Below are positions 57,921 through 64,000 of a stretch of DNA of 64,000 nt, one piece after another (the first letter of the stretch is position 1; each line of letters begins with the position of its first letter). Origin of the DNA: a virus; IMG/VR virus record IMGVR_UViG_3300000176_000001, one strand, 5' to 3'. The notes below the pieces were generated by a model that had not been told where the DNA came from, made no database searches, and worked only from the letters and a program-made list of their open reading frames with translations. Position numbers and translations under genes: made by a program.

Positions 57921-59483
57921 TTATTTAACCATAATATCGTCACCAATGACTACTGCGTCAAGATCAGAGTCCTTGAACAGTGTCTTAGCATCTTCCATGT
58001 AGCCGGCAATAGGCTTACCATCAACGTTCAAGCTTGTATTGAGCAGCATAGGGATACCAGTCTTCTCGCGGAACTTATCAATGATGGAATGGTAAACAGA
58101 GTACTGTGCATCCTCATTGACTGTCTGGATGCGGCAGGTCTTGTCAACGTGTTGAATTGAAGGGAAGTCATCGCTGAGGCAATCGACGACGTGGAGCATG
58201 TAGGGAGACTCGTAGTCGACGTCGAAGTGCTGTCCAGCATATTTTGCGAGTACGGATGCCCCAAAAGGTCGATATGGTTCACGCTTCTTTACCTTTGTAT
58301 TAAGGATGTCCTTACCGTCCTTGATAGATGGATCCATCAAGATCGAGCGATTGCCAAGGGCGCGAGGGCCGATCTCACCATTGCCCTGATACCAACCAAC
58401 GATCTTACCCTGTGCTAGAAGCTCAGCGGTCTTGTCGATAGTAGCAGCAGAAGGCGTAGACGAAGGTGCCTCGTCGGATTGCCAGTAAGGGAAGTTAGAG
58501 TTGTCAAACAGATCTTGCTTAAACAACTGGCGAAGGAACTCAACACCACCAAGCGACAAGCCACCATCATAGCAGTGTGGAGGAATGTGAGAGTTAGGGA
58601 AAGCTTCCTTGATCTTCGTGTTGATGACGGTATTCTGTGCGGTGCCGCCCGAGTAAGTGATGACATCATCACGCTTAGCGAACTGACGGAAGTACTGTGG
58701 CATCTTCTCTTCGCCAAACACGTGCAAGAGATATGCTAGGTTAATGAGCTGCTGCTGCTCACTAGGAAGAGGATCGATAAATCCTTGAAGTTGCTTGGAG
58801 ATCTCAATGAAGTGGTTGAGGTTGCGCAGGCCAAGATACTTAGCAAGGTTCATAGCATCAAATGACAGCTGGTCAGGAACCTGGTGATATGACTTGAGAG
58901 CCATAACCTTACCAGAGATGTCGAGAACCATTCCCTTCATGCCATAGTTTTGACCGATGTGCTCGAGAATGACAGAGATGCCAAGGTTCTGCGAGCGATC
59001 GATGAAGTCGACAAGGTCGTTATCTTGGAACACTGCAGTGTTACGAGCGTGGTCACCTAGACCATCGACGACAAAGTGAGTGCGCACGTCTTGTACATTT
59101 ACAAGCGGCCAGCAACTCATCATGTGTGCGTAGTGGTGATCGATCTTAAAGACTTGACAGTTGAACTGTGCCCAGAATGGGTTCTTCTCTTTGTCGATAA
59201 CGTAATACATCTCATTGAGAGCGATGTCGCGATCGAGCTTATGATGGGCGTTGTCATTGACTAGAGCGATGCCGTTGAGATCGCGGAATTCAATACCCCA
59301 GATACGCTGAGCTTCTTTAAGTAAGAACTCCATCTGGTCGCCTTCCTCGTGGCCCCAGTTGTAGTGCTTCTTTTGATAGTTACGCTCGAACTTGATGTAC
59401 CTTACGGTCTTGCCATCAGAGTAGGAGATATTGCAGTCATGTCCATCGCGAATGCTCAAGAACTTCATAAGGTATCCTTTCAC
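57921..59483 (-). CDS. Carbamoyltransferase (NodU/CmcH/TobZ family)
   Basis: GHD, HHYAH, DGLGD, GKVMAL, GPRALGNRS, KKREPYRPF, RIQTV, NTSLN; start may be the ATG at 59468. Confidence 0.93.
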   Translation of the reverse strand: MKGYLMKFLSIRDGHDCNISYSDGKTVRYIKFERNYQKKHYNWGHEEGDQMEFLLKEAQRIWGIEFRDLNGIALVNDNAHHKLDRDIALNEMYYVIDKEKNPFWAQFNCQVFKIDHHYAHMMSCWPLVNVQDVRTHFVVDGLGDHARNTAVFQDNDLVDFIDRSQNLGISVILEHIGQNYGMKGMVLDISGKVMALKSYHQVPDQLSFDAMNLAKYLGLRNLNHFIEISKQLQGFIDPLPSEQQQLINLAYLLHVFGEEKMPQYFRQFAKRDDVITYSGGTAQNTVINTKIKEAFPNSHIPPHCYDGGLSLGGVEFLRQLFKQDLFDNSNFPYWQSDEAPSSTPSAATIDKTAELLAQGKIVGWYQGNGEIGPRALGNRSILMDPSIKDGKDILNTKVKKREPYRPFGASVLAKYAGQHFDVDYESPYMLHVVDCLSDDFPSIQHVDKTCRIQTVNEDAQYSVYHSIIDKFREKTGIPMLLNTSLNVDGKPIAGYMEDAKTLFKDSDLDAVVIGDDIMVK

Positions 59484-59650
59484 TTTATCTTATATTTTTT
59501 GTCGATCTCCTTGACGCGCTGATCAAGGTAATCCATAATGATGCGTGTTAAATTATCAGGTTCTGGGTACTTAACTCTTAAGTTTGACAACTCATCAAGA
59601 AAACATGTCTTCTTTAAGACATCGACGGAGTAGTTACTCAAGTCATTCAT
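59480..59650 (-). CDS. Hypothetical protein (56 aa; absent from the ORF track)
   Basis: MNDLSNYSVDVLKKTCFLDELSNLRVKYPEPDNLTRIIMDYLDQRVKEIDKKYKIK*; GGAG RBS; stop overlaps the next GTG. Confidence 0.6.
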   Translation of the reverse strand: MNDLSNYSVDVLKKTCFLDELSNLRVKYPEPDNLTRIIMDYLDQRVKEIDKKYKIK

Positions 59651-59666
59651 ACCCAGAACTCCACAT

Positions 59667-59743
59667 TGGTGATCTCAGTTGGACTCTAACCAACGACCTG
59701 CCGCTTAGAAGGCGGCTGCTCTATACAGCTGAGCTATGAGACC
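59667..59743 (-). tRNA. tRNA-Arg(TCT)
   Basis: GGTCTCA TA GCTC-AGCTGTATA-GAGC A GCCGC-CTTCTAA-GCGGC AGGTC GTTGG-TTAGAGT-CCAAC TGAGATC A CCA. Confidence 0.9.
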
Positions 59744-59744
59744 A

Positions 59745-59960
59745 TTACTTTTTGTCAATGAAGGCTTTTAAATCCTCTGCTAAAAGGATAATGTCACTCT
59801 TAGTAGGATATTTTAATTGATTTACCGCATCGTTCCGAGCTGGTGAATTTTCTTGTGTTGACTCTCGTATGCGCTCTAAGGCTGCATAATACTCGCCAGT
59901 TAGCTGGCTCATCGCATAGTTGAGAAGATCAAAACGAATCTCGTAAGGTGTCTTTGTCAT
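59745..59960 (-). CDS. Conserved small phage protein (71 aa)
   Basis: MTKTPYEIRFDLL...YPT..DI...AEDLKAFI; ATG 59960 with AGGAG RBS (the longer track ORF runs into the tmRNA). Confidence 0.75.
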   Translation of the reverse strand: MTKTPYEIRFDLLNYAMSQLTGEYYAALERIRESTQENSPARNDAVNQLKYPTKSDIILLAEDLKAFIDKK

Positions 59961-59989
59961 GGTAGTCTCCTGTGTTTGTTGTTTGTGTG

Positions 59990-60286
59990 AAGTGCAACTT
60001 TTCTGTTTCGAGGTAAGTTGCCAACCCAAGAAATTATGCCGCTAGGCGCATTTCAATAGGTGAATTATCGTTTGCAGATAACTTATTTATGCAGCTGTCT
60101 CGGTCCGCCTTTAACACACCTGTCGATCCTAATTTTCTGGCCCATCAAAGATACACACCCAGCCGGAATGTCCCGCTACCGCCGAACAACTAGGGACTTC
60201 AACCCTCGTATGTATCCATGGTGGACCAGCCGGGTACCGCCCCCGGGTCCAGTATGTCTATTCTGCTTTCGTCATCAACAACAGCA
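59990..60286 (-). ncRNA. ssrA: Two-piece (circularly permuted) tmRNA, alphaproteobacterial type
   Basis: One segment ends CCCGGGGGCGGTACCCGGCTGGTCCACCA (CCA at 60219); 75-nt intervening segment; next segment starts GGGCCAG (60143, G3-U70 pair); tag ANDNSPIEMRLAA* at 60075-60034; outer ends approximate. Confidence 0.92.
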
Positions 60287-60291
60287 TATAT

Positions 60292-60324
60292 TATTTATAC
60301 CATAGAGTGTGATATTTTGTACAC
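60292..60324 (-). promoter_or_regulatory. Composite early (GTGTACA) plus late (TATAAATA) promoter for the tmRNA/tRNA operon
   Basis: GTGTACA at 60324-60318 and TATAAATA at 60299-60292. Confidence 0.7.
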
Positions 60325-60326
60325 AC

Positions 60327-60761
60327 TTATTTTACAATTTCGAGGTGATCGTCTACAACTTTAAACTTAACAATATTGTAGTCACCGAAGTCGTCACCAC
60401 CGTAGCGGAAGTAGTCGCGACCGCCATCTACATATGCTCCATTCTTTCCTGCACGATAGTCGTGCCTATAGCGAGAGTATACCACCTCGCCCTCTGCCTC
60501 TAGGCCTGTAAACTCCTCGTCGATGATCGATGGACCTGCATCAGTGATGTAAGAGGTTCCTTTTTGGTCAAAGTATATTGCGAAGTAGTTAGAACCACCT
60601 GGATACGCCTCGTCTTGATAGAATACAGCTGCAGGGAAGTTTGCCCACCCGCCCCCACGGGCACGAAGGCACGTCTCGAAAACGTACGTAGCCTTGTACT
60701 GTTCCTCGATCTTAGCGATGTTCTCTGGCTTGATAAAGCTACACTCGTTTAGTATGTTCAT
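60327..60761 (-). CDS. Conserved hypothetical phage protein
   Basis: 144 aa with YSRYRHDY...VDGGRDY motif. Confidence 0.75.
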   Translation of the reverse strand: MNILNECSFIKPENIAKIEEQYKATYVFETCLRARGGGWANFPAAVFYQDEAYPGGSNYFAIYFDQKGTSYITDAGPSIIDEEFTGLEAEGEVVYSRYRHDYRAGKNGAYVDGGRDYFRYGGDDFGDYNIVKFKVVDDHLEIVK

Positions 60762-61864
60762 TTGATCACCTTTAGTAGGATAGTGTTCTCGTTGATACGA
60801 CCGTTGACGTCATTCTTCATCTCATCGATGAGTCGCTTGACGACGATCTTGCCGCCCTTAAGTACAGTCTCCAGACGCTCTTGAGTCTTACGACCTATTT
60901 GAATAGCCTTAGAGCTTGACTCATCAAAATTAGTAATGGTAGTGCCGCGAACACTGAGACCAGCGGGACCCATAGCATTATAAACACTAAGAGTGCTATA
61001 CCTCGTATTAAATGTCCAGAGTATCTTGGCACCAATGATAGACTCTGGATTAACAGACGCGATCTTGTGCTCATTGCTGTCTTTCTGATACTTGAAGTTC
61101 TTGAGTAGCTTCTCTGTTGTCGGCGCCTTCTTCTTGCGGGGGGCACGTGTCTTCTTGGTGTTATCGCCGTATCGCTCAGCGTCATCGACGAGTTGTAGGT
61201 AGAAAGCCACTCGCGCCTTGAGTTGTGACTTAGACCAGTTCTCATAGCCCTCGATCCTACCGGCCTGAGCATCGACCATCTCTTTACAGACAGCACCGTA
61301 GTAGTCGCCGATCTTCGTGGCGTACATAGCCGGTATCTCATTCTTCTTGAGCCAGTCATAGAGCGAGAACTCCTCACCCTTATCGATCAACTCCTCGACG
61401 TCGCCGATGATGTCTTGAGCACGGTCGCGAATACGATCCTGAATGTTTGGCTTATCGACCTTCTTAGTCTCCACCTTCTCTTCCTTGACGTGTGAGATAG
61501 AGGTCTCGATTAGGCCCATGAACTTATCATACTCGTGCGGCTCGATAGACGACTTCTTGCGCTGCGCGATGCGCGCCATCCACGCTGCTGTGGTAGGGAA
61601 GAACGAGTCTGGGACCTTATCCAGTTTCTTGGATAGGTCTGTACGGTTCGTGATTGTTAGGTAGTCCTTGAGATACCCGCGCGCCTCGTCCATCTCACAC
61701 ATGGCGTTATACCAGTTGAAGGCACGGATCTGATCAGCGATTGACTTGAAGTTGGAGTCTGGCTCATCGCCAAGATACTTGAAATTAACCAGGTACTGCT
61801 CGGACTTTGTCTTACGAGCTACCTTCTGCTTGGGCTTACCCTTTAGATTTACGCCTCTGGCCAT
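60758..61864 (-). CDS. Conserved T4-like hypothetical protein (368 aa)
   Basis: AFNWYN N-terminal region; SVNPESIIGA..LWTFNT...GLSVRGTTI..FD...GRINENTILL. Confidence 0.8.
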   Translation of the reverse strand: MARGVNLKGKPKQKVARKTKSEQYLVNFKYLGDEPDSNFKSIADQIRAFNWYNAMCEMDEARGYLKDYLTITNRTDLSKKLDKVPDSFFPTTAAWMARIAQRKKSSIEPHEYDKFMGLIETSISHVKEEKVETKKVDKPNIQDRIRDRAQDIIGDVEELIDKGEEFSLYDWLKKNEIPAMYATKIGDYYGAVCKEMVDAQAGRIEGYENWSKSQLKARVAFYLQLVDDAERYGDNTKKTRAPRKKKAPTTEKLLKNFKYQKDSNEHKIASVNPESIIGAKILWTFNTRYSTLSVYNAMGPAGLSVRGTTITNFDESSSKAIQIGRKTQERLETVLKGGKIVVKRLIDEMKNDVNGRINENTILLKVIK

Positions 61865-61890
61865 GTGTGCGTCTCCTTGGTTATATTTTG

Positions 61891-61920
61891 ATATTACACC
61901 AAGACAGGACTTTTGTACAC
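61891..61920 (-). promoter_or_regulatory. Early-type promoter GTGTACA-N17-TAATAT
   Basis: Intergenic copy of the repeated motif. Confidence 0.7.
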
Positions 61921-61922
61921 AA

Positions 61923-62156
61923 CTATTTTACAAGGCAGACCCACTCCGCGTCACCTATCTTGTAACGAGCATGGGTCTGCTTGTCCATGTCCACGCACTT
62001 GCCCTGGTCCATTGACAGTATAGGCCTAAACTCTAAGCGTGCACCTATATAGACACCGTCGACGCCGTCTTGTCTCTTGGCGAATTGGCACACCTCGTGC
62101 CGTACCCATGTTGTATTATCCCACTGCACCGCGAGGTAGTCACATGTGACAGGCAT
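61923..62156 (-). CDS. Hypothetical protein (77 aa)
   Basis: GGAGG RBS; tightly packed early gene. Confidence 0.65.
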   Translation of the reverse strand: MPVTCDYLAVQWDNTTWVRHEVCQFAKRQDGVDGVYIGARLEFRPILSMDQGKCVDMDKQTHARYKIGDAEWVCLVK

Positions 62157-62175
62157 AGTTCCTCCATAGGACTAT

Positions 62176-62439
62176 TTAGCCTACTCCGTTCTCTGCGTAC
62201 TGCTTGGCCTTGGCGAGTCTCTCCTCATCGTCCGTAATCACAGGCTTTAGAAGGTTGTCGTAGTAGGCCACGTCCATGACCTCTTCTGCAACATCCTTTA
62301 CGGTGTAGCTATCGATCTCTGCGGTCAGCTGCGAGACCTTGGCCTCTAGCTGGTCGATGTAGTAGGCGGCTCGAGCTAGTTCCCGAAGGTCTAGGTCGAT
62401 GCCGCGGCTCATCTCTAGCATTCGCTCCGCGAGTCTCAC
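62176..62439 (-). CDS. Hypothetical protein (87 aa)
   Basis: GTG start overlapping the upstream stop; GGAG RBS. Confidence 0.6.
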   Translation of the reverse strand: MRLAERMLEMSRGIDLDLRELARAAYYIDQLEAKVSQLTAEIDSYTVKDVAEEVMDVAYYDNLLKPVITDDEERLAKAKQYAENGVG

Positions 62440-62690
62440 ATCGGGTCTCCGTCAACCATCTCGAGGTGGCGACCGTCAAAGACGTAACCCATTGCCCTGA
62501 GAAGAGTCTCGAACTGGCGGCACATCGTGTCGATATTGGCGTCCGTTGCGTCGAAGTCCATCAGCATGTTGGTGTCGGGGAACCGCTCGTCGTGGTGCCC
62601 TGTCTGGTTAAAGCTAAAAGTGCAGCCTACCTTATACTCGTCTTCCATATCATAGTCCTCTCTGTTTGTCACTAGCTTACGCTTGTTCAT
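62436..62690 (-). CDS. Hypothetical protein
   Basis: C-terminal FETLLRAMGYVF motif; true start may be internal. Confidence 0.65.
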   Translation of the reverse strand: MNKRKLVTNREDYDMEDEYKVGCTFSFNQTGHHDERFPDTNMLMDFDATDANIDTMCRQFETLLRAMGYVFDGRHLEMVDGDPM

Positions 62691-62722
62691 GTCGTACTCA
62701 CTGTTTGCTGTTTGATATATCT

Positions 62723-62751
62723 ATTATACACAGATCTGTGGTTTTGTACAC
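62723..62751 (-). promoter_or_regulatory. Early-type promoter GTGTACA-N16-TATAAT
   Basis: GTGTACAAAACCACAGATCTGTGTATAAT. Confidence 0.8.
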
Positions 62752-62754
62752 AGC

Positions 62755-63093
62755 TTATTCATCTTCCAACTCATTTAATAGTTGACGAGCCATTCTCCTC
62801 CAGTAGTCATATTGGATAGGAATTTTCTCGAAGCTCATCTCCATCGGCTCGTTGGCAAAGGACATCATGAAGTCACGATAGTGCTCAGCGCGCTTGATGT
62901 CCTTCTCGAGTTTCTTGACACGCTGCTCGGCACGTATCATCCTCTGGTCAGTGATAGGAAGAGACTCTACCCAGCTCTCTAGGGCATTGACCGCTGGCAC
63001 GATCTTTTTAAGGTAGTCTAGATAAGCGTCTACAGTCTCTTCAGGAACCTTGAACTCCTCAGGGATATCAGTTGCCACAGCCGTAGTCTCCAC
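62755..63093 (-). CDS. Hypothetical protein (start possibly GTG 63078)
   Basis: Helical ORF in the early gene array. Confidence 0.6.
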   Translation of the reverse strand: METTAVATDIPEEFKVPEETVDAYLDYLKKIVPAVNALESWVESLPITDQRMIRAEQRVKKLEKDIKRAEHYRDFMMSFANEPMEMSFEKIPIQYDYWRRMARQLLNELEDE

Positions 63094-63142
63094 AGTTGCT
63101 CTTGCATCCCTTCATATTAATAGGGCACTTCCACTCGCTCAT
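63068..63142 (-). CDS. Cys-rich microprotein (24 aa; absent from the ORF track)
   Basis: MSEWKCPINMKGCKSNCGDYGCGN*; AAGGAG RBS and TAATG coupling to the upstream gene. Confidence 0.65.
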   Translation of the reverse strand: MSEWKCPINMKGCKSNCGDYGCGN

Positions 63143-63405
63143 TACTTATCTCCTTTTAAGATAGATGCATACACCAGTACGTTCTCTCTCACCTGCTCGA
63201 GGTAGCACTGCTTCCAGGTCTCGGACTCTGTCTTGAGTACATCAGCCTCTCTGCGTAGGCGACCTACTTCATTGCCTAGAATGGCTAGCTTAGTCTCGGC
63301 GCGACCCGAGAGCGTGTGCTCATACATGCGGATAGGGGTGTTCGGATTGCTCTTAATCCACTCGTTGCACAGCTGATCACACAGATGCTTTACTTCCTCA
63401 TCCAT
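63142..63405 (-). CDS. Hypothetical protein (87 aa)
   Basis: TAATG-coupled; GGAGG RBS. Confidence 0.65.
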   Translation of the reverse strand: MDEEVKHLCDQLCNEWIKSNPNTPIRMYEHTLSGRAETKLAILGNEVGRLRREADVLKTESETWKQCYLEQVRENVLVYASILKGDK

Positions 63406-63857
63406 TACTTAGCCTCCCGCCATGCTAGCACAGTAGCACCCATATGGGGCATATTGCCGATATAATAGTTTTCGTCGATCCGACCGTCATTGTACATGAC
63501 ATCGATGTATTTGACATCGCGAGGGATTGGGGCGGTGGCACTCCACAGACGTTGCTTCTTTGGCTTCTCGTAGTGCATCTTCGCCACTATTTCCTCGAGC
63601 CACTTGTACTTGACCTCGAGATCACTCAGGCGCTTCTCTGTATCATTCATCTTATAAGAATCCTTTCTCATGTAGTACTTACCTGTCGGGCCATAGATGC
63701 TGCCCCTCTCGACTTCCCGACTAAGGACGTAGTCGACGAGACTAAAGTTGATCGGAGCCAGCTGGTTGATTATGGTATCCCGCGTAAACGGTTTATCTGC
63801 CTGAGGGCTAGAGATCCATATTAGTATTCGATTTACGTCGTACTCTGTGCGGTGCAT
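63405..63857 (-). CDS. Hypothetical protein (about 150 aa)
   Basis: ATG at 63857 coupled (TGATG) to the upstream ORF. Confidence 0.6.
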   Translation of the reverse strand: MHRTEYDVNRILIWISSPQADKPFTRDTIINQLAPINFSLVDYVLSREVERGSIYGPTGKYYMRKDSYKMNDTEKRLSDLEVKYKWLEEIVAKMHYEKPKKQRLWSATAPIPRDVKYIDVMYNDGRIDENYYIGNMPHMGATVLAWREAK

Positions 63858-64000
63858 CACTTGACTCCAAATCGTTCTCGCAACAGATCTGAAGCACGCC
63901 AGAGCGCTGCTCCATTATGACCAGCCAGTAAGTCCTCGCTCAGCTTCTTCTCTGATTTACCGAAAACGTCACCGTTCTCTAAATCACTACCAAATTCGTC
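63857..64000 (-). CDS. Hypothetical protein, C-terminal fragment
   Basis: Open frame DEFGSDLENG...LLRERFGVK* from the window edge. Confidence 0.55.
   Translation of the reverse strand, partial: DEFGSDLENGDVFGKSEKKLSEDLLAGHNGAALWRASDLLRERFGVK

Noticed and set aside
59961-60305. Track ORFs 60060-60305 (+) and the N-terminal extension of 59745-60029
   Set aside because: They overlap the tmRNA gene; the real CDS starts at ATG 59960
60895-61377. 160-aa Arg/Ser-rich alternative-frame ORF
   Set aside because: Off-frame by-product of codon bias inside the conserved 368-aa gene
1-64000. Stop-codon reassignment, introns or inteins
   Set aside because: Genes are intact and tightly packed under the standard code; no suppressor tRNA, homing endonuclease or splice motifs recognised

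Overview
64 kb of a T4-like myovirus genome. The host is most likely alphaproteobacterial, inferred from an alpha-type two-piece tmRNA. Positions 1-48.1 kb (minus strand) are a late structural block: neck gp14/gp13, about 25 kb of highly modular Asn/Thr/Ser-rich fibre and adhesin genes, a split VrlC/DUF4815-like protein, baseplate gp8/gp7/gp6/gp25, a PAAR-like tip, a split gp5, gp27-like hub, gp53 and gp48. Positions 48.1-55.8 kb (plus strand) carry gp4, gp2, gp54, gp26, an unannotated gp51 reading frame, a 3TM holin and two tape-measure-like proteins with peptidoglycan hydrolase domains. Positions 55.8-64 kb (minus strand, higher GC) carry gp32, gp33, a carbamoyltransferase, a translation module (tRNA-CAU, atypical tRNA-UAU, tRNA-Arg-UCU, a 3' tRNA half, permuted tmRNA) and small early genes behind repeated GTGTACA promoters. 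Most interesting signals: (1) a candidate -1 frameshift fusing gp26 to gp51, like lambda G/GT; (2) very dense N-X-S/T sequons in virion proteins, suggesting possible N-glycosylation; (3) non-canonical tRNAs and tmRNA matched to AUA/AGA-rich late genes; (4) recurring terminal motifs that may dock fibre subunits. All family assignments come from motif recognition by eye, not from database searches.
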